The notes beneath the pieces were generated by a model, which saw only the letters and a program-made list of their open reading frames with translations, had not been told where the DNA came from and ran no database searches. From positions 1,304 to 65,303 of IMG/VR virus record IMGVR_UViG_3300006175_000012: DNA of 64,000 nt; one strand, given 5' to 3'. A program made the translations under genes and the position numbers. The DNA comes from a virus. Taxonomy: Duplodnaviria > Caudoviricetes. Below are positions 10,760 to 19,285 of the stretch, in pieces (position 1 is the stretch's first letter; each line of letters starts with the position of its first letter).

Positions 10760-11323
10760 ATGCCCGCGCAAGCCTCTCTCTTTGATGTTGGTCCGCAGCC
10801 CGGGGCAGCCTCCTGGGTCTACCTCATCGGCGTACCAGGAAAGGCCATCGCAAAGATCGGCAGAGCGCAGGACGTCAGCAAGCGACTCGCGTCCTTGCAG
10901 ACGTCGCACCACGAACGCCTCTCCGTGCTGTGGCGAACGCGCGGGGGTCGTGAACTGGAGAAGAAGTTGCACGAGTTCTTCGGCGCCATACGCCTCACGG
11001 GCGAGTGGTTCGACTTCGGCGGCGAAGACCCCGTCGGGGCTGTCGAAAGCGCCGTACGCGAACTTGGTCAGCCAATTGCCGACTTGCCGCCAGTTGACGA
11101 CGAAGGCCCTGCCGATCCATCGCCCGAAGTCGAAAAGAAGGGGATCCCGTACTCGCTCTATCCAGCTGACGACGACCCGGACCGAGACGACCCGGCCTAC
11201 GCGCCGTTCCATCTACCAGCCGGATGTCGCTATCTCACCCCGACCGAAAACGCGTCCTGGGGGAACCCTCCGGACGACGAGGTCTTCTGGTACCGCTGCC
11301 GGGACTTGCTCGGGGCTCACTAG
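10760..11323 (+). CDS. GIY-YIG-like (T5orf172/MUG113) domain protein
   Basis: VYLIG..KIGRAQDVSKRLASLQT..ELEKKLHEFF..RLTGEWF. Confidence 0.8.
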   Translation: MPAQASLFDVGPQPGAASWVYLIGVPGKAIAKIGRAQDVSKRLASLQTSHHERLSVLWRTRGGRELEKKLHEFFGAIRLTGEWFDFGGEDPVGAVESAVRELGQPIADLPPVDDEGPADPSPEVEKKGIPYSLYPADDDPDRDDPAYAPFHLPAGCRYLTPTENASWGNPPDDEVFWYRCRDLLGAH

Positions 11324-11410
11324 AGCGCATCGCTTAAGGCTGCACCTGCGCGCTCACGGATGGAATCAAGGGCTGTGCGGAGTGATGATCCATCGCGGCC
11401 GGGGTGCTTG

Positions 11411-12430
11411 ATGGCACTGAGCCTGATCCTCGAAGTCCTCGATCATGCGCCCGACTCGCTCACCCCGAAGGAGCATCTGGCGGCGATTGTGCTCGCCGAG
11501 AACGCCAACGAGCGCACCCGGCAGATCTGGGACAGCATCGAAGACCCGAAGATCATGGCGCGCATCCGAGTGAAGCGCGCCAGGCTCTACGAACTGATCG
11601 AAGGACTGATCGAGAAGGGCGTCCTAGAGCAGACGGCGGTTGGCCAGAAGCAGACTCGCGCCCGCTACCGGTTCCGCGTGCTGTGCCCAGCCCAGTGTCC
11701 GGAACACCCGGACACTGAAGCCAAGGTCAGTGTCCGGGAATCCCGGAACCTGAACAATGCTCAGCGTCCGGAAGACCCGGACGTCAGTGTCCATGGTTTC
11801 CGGACCCCTACTCCCTCCTTGCTCGTTAATAAACCTCCTCCACCCCCCGCAGCGGACACGGACACGAGCGGGGCGCAAGAGGCGGCGGCGGGGGGTGGCT
11901 GCGCCGAACAAGAACCCAACCCCGACGCGGACACCGTCATCGACAAGCTCGACCTGCAACGCCAACCAGGCCGCAGCGAACGAGCCCAACTCCTCGCCCC
12001 CATCACCGCCGCGCTCGCCGCTGGTTGGAGCGTGCCCGACCTGATCGCGACGCTCGACCGCGACTGGACCGGCGCCAACGACCGCGTACGCACCGCCATC
12101 TACCGCGCCAAAGACCTCGGAGCGCCGCGGACCAAAACCAGCGGCGCCCAGGGGGGTTTCGCCATGCCCCCGCATTGCGGCACCTGCCACCCGCAAACCC
12201 GAATGCTTGAGGACCCCGAGACACGCGCCCCGCTCGCCCGCTGCCCCCGCTGCCACCCGGCCGCCACGGAAGAGCCCCGCCAGCGCCCGTCCGCGACGGC
12301 CAGAGCGCTCGCCCAAGCGGACGCGGCCGGGGAGGAAGCCAAGCGCATCATCGCCGCGGCGCGAACCGGCACCCACCAGCCCTACCGGAACCCGGACGAC
12401 CCGTCCGTTTACTTCGAGCCGATCTCGTGA
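11411..12430 (+). CDS. Replication initiator-like wHTH protein (copy 1) with internal iterons
   Basis: N-terminus MALSLILEVLDHAPDSLTPKEHLAAIVLAENAN; CxxC..CxxC near C-terminus; internal DNA repeats; paralogue of 12969-14156. Confidence 0.6.
   Translation: MALSLILEVLDHAPDSLTPKEHLAAIVLAENANERTRQIWDSIEDPKIMARIRVKRARLYELIEGLIEKGVLEQTAVGQKQTRARYRFRVLCPAQCPEHPDTEAKVSVRESRNLNNAQRPEDPDVSVHGFRTPTPSLLVNKPPPPPAADTDTSGAQEAAAGGGCAEQEPNPDADTVIDKLDLQRQPGRSERAQLLAPITAALAAGWSVPDLIATLDRDWTGANDRVRTAIYRAKDLGAPRTKTSGAQGGFAMPPHCGTCHPQTRMLEDPETRAPLARCPRCHPAATEEPRQRPSATARALAQADAAGEEAKRIIAAARTGTHQPYRNPDDPSVYFEPIS
11693..11807. repeat. Four iteron-like quasi-palindromes (T)CAGYGTCCRK...CCGGA
   Basis: Copies start at 11693, 11727, 11761 and 11784 inside the initiator-like gene. 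Confidence 0.75.
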
Positions 12431-12450
12431 CCAGCGACGACGAGCAGACG

Positions 12451-12714
12451 TCAGGCCGCGGGGCGGTGCGCGTTCGGGTCCGCTTGATGCCGGCGTGCCC
12501 ACGCCTGGAAATCGCCGATGTGCCGGTCGATGAACCCCGTGTCCACCTTCACCGCCATGACGTCCTGGCCGAGCAGATCGACCTTGCTCTCGACGTCGTC
12601 AAGCTTCTCGGCGACGGCGGCGAGCGCGGTTCCCTGCTCGGCCTGGGTCTGCGCAATAGCAGCCAGCGCCGCCAGCACGTCGCTCAGCGTCGGCTCGGGA
12701 GTCGGCTCGGTCAT
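12451..12714 (-). CDS. Small coiled-coil hypothetical protein
   Basis: MTEPTPEPTLSDVLAAL..EKLDDVESKVDLL. Confidence 0.6.
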   Translation of the reverse strand: MTEPTPEPTLSDVLAALAAIAQTQAEQGTALAAVAEKLDDVESKVDLLGQDVMAVKVDTGFIDRHIGDFQAWARRHQADPNAHRPAA

Positions 12715-12968
12715 GCTCACACGGTACCCGCCGCGCGGTGTGATCGGCAGTTCATGGCCGGGATTCGCCGTGCCCTGAACTGTGGGTGCTCGGCGGGATG
12801 ATTGGTAGCCAGGAAAGCCGAAGGGCCGGTCCTCGGGGAAGGACCGGCCCGACACGACCAGCGAGTTACCAGCTCGCGGTATCACTCCCGACCAGGAGCT
12901 TCGGAGCCCACCAGAAAGGCCACCGTGCTTACGACGATAGCAACCGGTACCGACAAGGACGCCCGCTG

Positions 12969-14156
12969 ATGGGCATCCGGCTCATGGTTGAGGTCATGGA
13001 CGACGCGCCGGACTCGCTTACCTTCCGGGAGCGGTACGTACTGCTCGCGCTCGCGGAGAACTTCAACGACGGCACGCGCCTGGGGTGGCCCGCCTACGAC
13101 GGAGACGAGGAACGCTCGAAGCGGTTCCGTCACCGCGCCCGCTGTTCGCGCGCCCAGTTCTACGACACGCTCAAGGCGTTGGTCGACAAGGGGGCGCTGG
13201 AACAGGTGGTGCGCGGCCAGAAGGGCCGACAGGCGGTCTACCGAATCCCTGCGCTGGCCGCCGCGCTCAGTGTCCCGGAAACCGAGACCCTGACAAGGGG
13301 GTCCGCAAGGGGTTCCGATACCCCTGCGGAAGGGTTCCGGGAATCCTCCGGGAAGGCTTACGGAGGACTCACTGAATCCGCTCAGCGTCCCGGAAAACCG
13401 GACCCTGAAGAGAGTTCAGTGTCCCGGTTTTCAGAGTTCAGTGTCCCGGAAAACCAGACACCTACTCCTCAGGTCCCCTCAAGGCTAAATGCCCTCAAGG
13501 ACGCTAACGCGGCGCGCGTGGGGTGGGGGGTGTGGGGGGAGGGGAGTGCCAACGCGGTCGCCGACGCCGACTCGCGGCCCGTAGCCGCCTCCGCTGACGC
13601 TGCGGCGGGGGACGGCCTTCGGCCTCGCGGCTACGCCGCGCCCGCGAAAAATATGGATCAACCCCAGACCGGCGACGAAGAGCAGCCCCCTCCCGTCGCG
13701 CAGGTGCTCAAAGACGCATCGACAGGAACGGCATCCCAGCGCCCGGGTGTAGGCGATCTCGTCCCGAAGCAGATCCAACGCGCCCAACAGGCCTACGAAC
13801 CCGCGCCGAAAGACGAGAAGCCGCCGCGCTGGTCGCTGCCCGATCAGTTCAACGAGAAGCAGGCCGAGTGGGAGCGCATCGTGGACGCGCTCGGCAGTAT
13901 CGACGACGCCGAGTTGAACCGGATCGAGACCCTGTTACCGCGCATCGACTTCGGCGCGTTCAACGTCGGGCGCCGCGAGGGCAAGGACTTCGTCGCCGAG
14001 TTCTCCGCCGAGCCGGACACGGACCCGGCCCGCTTGCGCCGCGAACGCCTGTACGGGCTGATGTACGCGATCAAACTGCGCCCGTTGGCGACATGGCCGC
14101 AGGACATGCTCCCGGTCTCCCTGCGCCACGCTCAGCCGCAGGAAGGCGCGGCGTAA
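12969..14156 (+). CDS. Replication initiator-like wHTH protein (copy 2) with internal iterons
   Basis: MGIRLMVEVMDDAPDSLTFRERYVLLALAENFND; shares KG.LEQ...GQK...A.YR with copy 1. Confidence 0.6.
   Translation: MGIRLMVEVMDDAPDSLTFRERYVLLALAENFNDGTRLGWPAYDGDEERSKRFRHRARCSRAQFYDTLKALVDKGALEQVVRGQKGRQAVYRIPALAAALSVPETETLTRGSARGSDTPAEGFRESSGKAYGGLTESAQRPGKPDPEESSVSRFSEFSVPENQTPTPQVPSRLNALKDANAARVGWGVWGEGSANAVADADSRPVAASADAAAGDGLRPRGYAAPAKNMDQPQTGDEEQPPPVAQVLKDASTGTASQRPGVGDLVPKQIQRAQQAYEPAPKDEKPPRWSLPDQFNEKQAEWERIVDALGSIDDAELNRIETLLPRIDFGAFNVGRREGKDFVAEFSAEPDTDPARLRRERLYGLMYAIKLRPLATWPQDMLPVSLRHAQPQEGAA
13267..13463. repeat. Four iteron-like repeats TCAGYGTCCCGG...
   Basis: Copies start at 13267, 13382, 13416 and 13438. 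Confidence 0.75.
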
Positions 14157-14244
14157 AGAGCCGCGACGACCGCCCGTGGCTGTCGGCTGAAACACGCACC
14201 ATGGAGTCACCGAACCCCCCCTGCGAAAGGAGACAGGAGTAGAC

Positions 14245-15510
14245 GTGAGTAACCAGCGCGCCGTGACCCACCTCATTCGGACCGCCGACGGGCTCGGACT
14301 CGACTTCGCCCGTGAAGACCTGGGCCACCCCGAAATGCCGTCGCTGACCGCACACCTTGAGGCGGAGGTGTACCAACACTGCACTGGCACCGCGCCGCTA
14401 CTCGTGTGCCGCACCTTCGGCCACGCCATGTACCTCAAGCGTCACGGCGGACACCTCGCACCCCGCCATGTATCCGCACCCCTCGACCAGATCGATCATG
14501 GCGAGTCCGACGAACACAAGGCCTGTAAGGACCGCGCCGTACGGATGGCGGACGAGCGCGGGCTGGAGGCCTTCACAGAGTCCAGTCTCACCGCCGCAGG
14601 CGTACCCGCGCGGGGTCGGCGCAACGACGTGCTGATACGCGGCGATGTGACGGTTGGCTATGAGGCGCAGTACTCCGACATCACCCCGGCCGTTGTAACC
14701 CGGCGCCTGAACCTCGGGCTTCGCGACGGTGTGAGCGTGTATTTCGGCGCCCCGCGCGAGTCGCGCGCTGCGCGAAGCATCGTGGATCGCGCACCGGCTG
14801 GCACGTACAACTACATCCCGGCGCTGGAGATCTCCCGTGGCAGCCCGATGCCGATCGTTAGCGGTGTCCGGGGGCTGCGCCGCTGGCGCTGCTCCGAAGA
14901 ACCGCACCTGTGTCCGCTATTCGGGACGGGTCGGCTGTGTAAGGCGTCGTGGCACAGCGATTACGGCGAACCGCTCGGACGCATCGAGCAGGACGATCTG
15001 CTGTATGGACTGGCGACCAGCGAGTTCGTTCCGGTGTGCCTGCCGTTCAAGTCCGGGAACAGCTGGCAGATCGTCCCGTCGAAGACGGTGCAGGACTTCT
15101 TGTCGGACGGCGGGGTGTTCGTTGAGCTGCCCCAGCCGCAGCGCGGGGCGGGGCGTCGTGCGGGGTCGGACGCTGCGATCGAGGAGAATCCGCAGTGCCG
15201 GTTTGAGGCACGCCGCGCGGGATCGCCCGGTGCGCTGGTGGAAGTCGCCCACGGCGGGGTGACGTGGGGTGTACCGGCGGATCTGATCGGTTTGCAGCGT
15301 GCCTGGTTTGCCGAGGACGCCGCGGTCGCGGAGTTGGCTGCCGGCGGTGACCGGACAGCTTTGGATGCGGCTCGGGCGCGGCGCCTGGAGCTGACGGAGC
15401 GGATCGTAGATCACGCGTGGCTTCTGGACGCGATGCGTGACGGACGGCGCTTTCAGGCTGACCAAGCACTGAAGTTCGCCGCGCGGTCCGCAGACGAAGG
15501 CGTCTCGTGA
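14245..15510 (+). CDS. CoiA-like PD-(D/E)xK nuclease-domain protein
   Basis: GESDEHKACK..RRNDVLI..GYEAQYS motif arrangement. Confidence 0.55.
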   Translation: MSNQRAVTHLIRTADGLGLDFAREDLGHPEMPSLTAHLEAEVYQHCTGTAPLLVCRTFGHAMYLKRHGGHLAPRHVSAPLDQIDHGESDEHKACKDRAVRMADERGLEAFTESSLTAAGVPARGRRNDVLIRGDVTVGYEAQYSDITPAVVTRRLNLGLRDGVSVYFGAPRESRAARSIVDRAPAGTYNYIPALEISRGSPMPIVSGVRGLRRWRCSEEPHLCPLFGTGRLCKASWHSDYGEPLGRIEQDDLLYGLATSEFVPVCLPFKSGNSWQIVPSKTVQDFLSDGGVFVELPQPQRGAGRRAGSDAAIEENPQCRFEARRAGSPGALVEVAHGGVTWGVPADLIGLQRAWFAEDAAVAELAAGGDRTALDAARARRLELTERIVDHAWLLDAMRDGRRFQADQALKFAARSADEGVS

Positions 15511-15589
15511 GCGACCTGACCACTGAAGCACCCGACCCCGTCCGCCGCATCCACGAGATCCACCTAGCCGACGTGTGGAGGAACCACTG

Positions 15590-15877
15590 ATGCCACGCAA
15601 GACCCCCCTGACCCCCGACGAGCACGCCGAACTCGGCGCCACCCTGGCCGCGATCCGGGACGAACTGCTCGCGCGCAGCGTCCGGGTGGCTAACGCCTAC
15701 CCGAAGACCGCGCCGCAGGTCACGCACCTGAACAAGGCGCTCGCCGCTGTCGACTCCGCGCGCGCCGCACTCGATAGCGCCCTGGCCCGCGAGCACCCCG
15801 GCGCGTTCGACACCCACACCTACTACCCCGGCGAAGTGCGGCCACGGCTAAGCGTCCACCGCGACCAGGAGGACTGA
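15590..15877 (+). CDS. Hypothetical protein
   Basis: GGAGG RBS and high-GC3 codon usage. Confidence 0.6.
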   Translation: MPRKTPLTPDEHAELGATLAAIRDELLARSVRVANAYPKTAPQVTHLNKALAAVDSARAALDSALAREHPGAFDTHTYYPGEVRPRLSVHRDQED

Positions 15878-15880
15878 GCG

Positions 15881-16687
15881 ATGACCACCGCGAGCGCCAC
15901 CGACGAGATGGCGCGCCTGCAGTCCTACGACGACCTGACCGCGCAGATCTGGCACGACAAGCGCGCCACACCCGGCGCCAGGGAACTGCTGCTCGCGATG
16001 GCCTGGACCCTGCTGCGCGACCCCGAACGACCCACTGGGCACGCCTACTGGAACGCCGTGCGCCGACTGCTCGGGCGCGACGAACGCGGACAGCACCGCC
16101 TGCCGTTCCTGATCGCCGCAGACGCCCCGTGCTACCGAGCCCCCGACACGTGGCCCACCGCGGCCTGCCAGGCCCCGCGCATCCGCGTGCGCGAGGAGCG
16201 GCCCGCCGTCACCACGATCCGCTGCGCCTACCCGCACCACCCGCACCTAGGCGCGTGCAGGCCCGTGAAACGCACCGGCCCCGCCGACACCCCGGCGACT
16301 TGGAAACCCGCGCCGGCGGGCGCGACGTGCGGCGGCAGCGTGAACCCCGAGCTGCGCGTGATCGAGCACGACCCGGTGACGGGCTGGCGTATCGACCACT
16401 GGTTCTGCACGCGGCACAAGGACCACGCCAACCGGGTACGCGCCCAAGTCGAGTCCGCAGGGCCGGCGCCCGAACCCGTGCCGAACGTCGGCGGGCTGCT
16501 GCCGTGCTACTTCAAGGCCGACTTCGAGCGGCTGTACCGGGATGCGACGGGGCGCAACCGTTACTTCCGGTGGGAGCCGCCCGTGTACGGGCTGTACGCG
16601 GACGACTGGCCTGCGGTCGGCGGGGCCGTGACGCGACCGCGCAAGGCGGCGCTGCGGCTGATCGTGGGGGAGTTGGCGGCCACGTGA
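15881..16687 (+). CDS. Hypothetical Cys/His-containing protein
   Basis: 268-aa ORF (WFCTRH), followed by a hairpin at about 16708-16743. Confidence 0.65.
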   Translation: MTTASATDEMARLQSYDDLTAQIWHDKRATPGARELLLAMAWTLLRDPERPTGHAYWNAVRRLLGRDERGQHRLPFLIAADAPCYRAPDTWPTAACQAPRIRVREERPAVTTIRCAYPHHPHLGACRPVKRTGPADTPATWKPAPAGATCGGSVNPELRVIEHDPVTGWRIDHWFCTRHKDHANRVRAQVESAGPAPEPVPNVGGLLPCYFKADFERLYRDATGRNRYFRWEPPVYGLYADDWPAVGGAVTRPRKAALRLIVGELAAT

Positions 16688-16922
16688 AGCGGCGACCGGA
16701 AGGCAGAAGCCCCGGCGCACCTGCTGAGGTGCCACCGGGGCCTGTGCTGCCGGGATCTGATGTGCCTAGGAACATCCCGACCGTAGCACGGCGCTCAGCG
16801 GACGCCGCGCGGCTGGCCAAGTCGTTTTTGCGTTCCACGCAAATGAGTACATTGGTAGCGGGCCGCGCAATCGAGGACGCGGCGGTGCGGCGGCAGTGCA
16901 GTCCCGGCGAGGGGCAGGTGTC

Positions 16923-17603
16923 ATGGCGGTCGTGGTCGAACGCTGGACCGGGCAGCGCGCCTGCCTGCTGCAAGCCGCGCTGCGCGCCACCAACGAGTCC
17001 TTCGCGCACAGCCTCGGGGTCGCGGTGCGCACGGTGGCCGCGTGGCACGCCGAGCCCGCGCTCGTCCCGCGCGCCGAGGTGCAGCAGATCCTCGACACCG
17101 CCCTGGAACAAGCCCCGGCGGCCGCCGTGCAGCGCTTCACGGCCTCGCTGTTCGGCCCCCTGTCCTACGAGCCCCCTGCGGCGGCCGCCGGCCCACAGGC
17201 CCTCACGGTCGCCGTCGCGGTCGTGCGGCATGAAGACGATGTGCTGCTGGTGTGCCGGCGCGGCGGCGAGCGCAGCGGGCTGCGCTGGCAGTTCCCGTCC
17301 GGGATCGTCAAGCCCGGCGCCGACCCGGCTGCGGTCGCGGTCAGCGAAACCCTCGCCGAGACCGGCGTGCACGCCGCCGTCCGCGAGAATCTGGGCCGCC
17401 GCGTGCACCCGCTCACGGGCGTCGTGTGCGAATACCTGCTGTGCGACTACCTGACTGGGCAGGCGCGCAACGCCGACACGCTGGAGAACCTGGACGTGGC
17501 GTGGGCGCCGATCGCTACGCTGGCGAAGTTCATCCCCCTGGAAGCCGTCTACCCGCCGATCCTTGACGCACTGGAGGCCGAGCGTGACCCAGCCGGAGAC
17601 TGA
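16923..17603 (+). CDS. XRE-like HTH fused to a Nudix hydrolase
   Basis: N-terminal ESFAHSLGVAVRTVAAW; degenerate Nudix box WQFPSGIVKPGADPAAVAVSETLAETGV. Confidence 0.8.
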   Translation: MAVVVERWTGQRACLLQAALRATNESFAHSLGVAVRTVAAWHAEPALVPRAEVQQILDTALEQAPAAAVQRFTASLFGPLSYEPPAAAAGPQALTVAVAVVRHEDDVLLVCRRGGERSGLRWQFPSGIVKPGADPAAVAVSETLAETGVHAAVRENLGRRVHPLTGVVCEYLLCDYLTGQARNADTLENLDVAWAPIATLAKFIPLEAVYPPILDALEAERDPAGD

Positions 17604-18015
17604 GCCGACCAGCGCGCTGGCAGGCAGGCCGCCGATCGCCGCCGCCGTCATCGTCAAAGACGGACGCGTGCTGCTCGTGCGGCGCCGCGTCGCGGAGGGC
17701 TCGCTGTCGTGGCAGTTCCCGGCCGGCGCGATCGAGCCGGGGGAGAGTGCGCAGGACGCGGCGGTGCGCGAGGCACGCGAGGAAACCGGCCTGGACGTCG
17801 AGGCCGAGGCGCTGCTGGGGGAGCGCGTGCATCCGGCGACCGGGCGGCTGATGGCGTACGTCGCGTGCGAGGTCGTCGGCGGCCAGGTCAAGGTAGGCGA
17901 CCCGGAGGAGATCGACGCAGTTACCTGGGCGCCGCGCGACCAGCTCGCCGAACTCGTACCGTATGGGTTCTTCGCCCCGGTGCAGACGTACCTGGACGAC
18001 GCGCTGGCACGCTGA
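17584..18015 (+). CDS. Nudix hydrolase (MutT/Pif-like)
   Basis: Canonical Nudix box GAIEPGESAQDAAVREAREETGL. Confidence 0.92.
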   Translation: MTQPETEPTSALAGRPPIAAAVIVKDGRVLLVRRRVAEGSLSWQFPAGAIEPGESAQDAAVREAREETGLDVEAEALLGERVHPATGRLMAYVACEVVGGQVKVGDPEEIDAVTWAPRDQLAELVPYGFFAPVQTYLDDALAR

Positions 18016-18024
18016 GCCTTCCCG

Positions 18025-18300
18025 TCACGGCCTCTCGACGAGCTGCGCGAGCAGCGGATACCCCGCCGCCCGCAACGCCCCCGCCGGATCACGGCGCAAC
18101 ACCAACGCCACCATCACCGCCGCCTCCGCGGCCGGCACCCCGCCACCGAACACCCACCGCGACACCTCCGCGGCCGGCACCCGGTCACGCAGCGCCTCCA
18201 TCACACCCGCGGGCGCCACACCCGCGCGGCGCATCGCGTCCTCGAACCAGGACCGCCACACCGTCATGCGGTGCCTGTTGTCGATCGGGGGCTTCCTCAT
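18025..18300 (-). CDS. Single-domain HTH protein, paralogue of the repressor repeats at 62529-63260
   Basis: WRSWF..EVSRW..VALVL..GALRAAGY aligns with WSAWL..TLSQW..VADLL..DALRAAGH. Confidence 0.6.
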   Translation of the reverse strand: MRKPPIDNRHRMTVWRSWFEDAMRRAGVAPAGVMEALRDRVPAAEVSRWVFGGGVPAAEAAVMVALVLRRDPAGALRAAGYPLLAQLVERP

Positions 18301-18387
18301 GCGGCAAGGATCCGGCCGCCGCGGCGGCCCTCGCGCGGCTTCACCGACCCGCGACACTCGATCGGGCGAACAAACGCCCAGCGCGCC

Positions 18388-18857
18388 ACCATGCCTGCCG
18401 CGCCCTGCCTTGCGGTGCCGTAACGAGCCGAACCTAACCTCGCCTGCCATGCCGAGCCCGGACATGCCGAGCCGAAACGGGCCATAACGCATCGCGCCAA
18501 GCCACGCCTGCCACGCTGTCCGCGCCGTGCCCCGCCTAGCCGGGACACACCAAACCCCGCCCTGACTGCCATGCCCTGCCTAGCCGCTCCCTGCCGCACC
18601 GGGCCCGTCCGTGACGCGCGGAGCCATGCCTGCCGTGCCACACCTGGCGATACCTCGCCTAGCCACGCCTGCCAAGACCTGCCATACAGGGACCTACCGT
18701 GCCGAACCCCGACAACCCAAGCCGTGCCTGCCGTGCCCTACCTAGCCACGCCTAACCGGGCCGGACCGGAACTAGCCTGGCCCTGCCGGACCTGCCAGGA
18801 CATGCCCCGCCTCGCCGCGCCTCGCCTCGACGCGCCTATCCATACCACGCCTGCCAT
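18388..18857 (-). ncRNA. GGY-NN pentamer array, 8 units separated by GGCAGGC; putative guide-RNA array (vrRNA-like)
   Basis: Separators (plus strand GCCTGCC or one-mismatch variant) start at 18849, 18790, 18726, 18667, 18628, 18564, 18506, 18442, 18393; spacings 59, 64, 59, 39, 64, 58, 64, 49 (5n+4, one unit 1 nt short); begins a few nt after the upstream stop codon. Confidence 0.85.
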
Positions 18858-18862
18858 GAGCG

Positions 18863-19285
18863 CTAAGCCGCCACATCCTCGCGCACCATGTCCAGGAACT
18901 CCTGAAACTCCTGATACCGCCGGTACAGCGCCTTCCACTCCCGCTCCATCGCCTGCAACACCAGTTGGCGGCGGAACGGATCGTCTCGCACTTCCTCGGC
19001 CGGGTCGAACACATGCCCGTCCCCGGACGCCGCGGCCACGAACGCCCGCACCGAACGCGCCGGCCCCGACTCGTCGGCTTCCCTGTAGACCAGCCGGACA
19101 CTGCGGATCAGCTCCCCGGCCTGGTGCAGCCGGTACGCCTCCCCGGCCACCGCGTCGTCCCACTCGAACCGCGAGTGCAGCGGATGCCCGGGGTCGCGGG
19201 CCGTGTCCACCACGGCCTTCTTCGACAGGACACCGTCGTACTGCTTGCGGATCTCCAGCAACTCGGAACGCAGGTCGGTGCTCAC
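18863..19285 (-). CDS. 140-aa accessory protein coupled to the Cas7-like gene
   Basis: GTG start overlaps the upstream TGA; VVDTARDPGHPLHSRFEWDDAVAGEAYRLHQAGELIRSV, a phage-type hypothetical. Confidence 0.75.
   Translation of the reverse strand: MSTDLRSELLEIRKQYDGVLSKKAVVDTARDPGHPLHSRFEWDDAVAGEAYRLHQAGELIRSVRLVYREADESGPARSVRAFVAAASGDGHVFDPAEEVRDDPFRRQLVLQAMEREWKALYRRYQEFQEFLDMVREDVAA

Noticed and set aside
18388-18857. Canonical CRISPR array or simple microsatellite
   Set aside because: No 23-47 bp repeats with contiguous spacers; the NN positions are non-repeating and the phase breaks are regular, unlike slippage repeats
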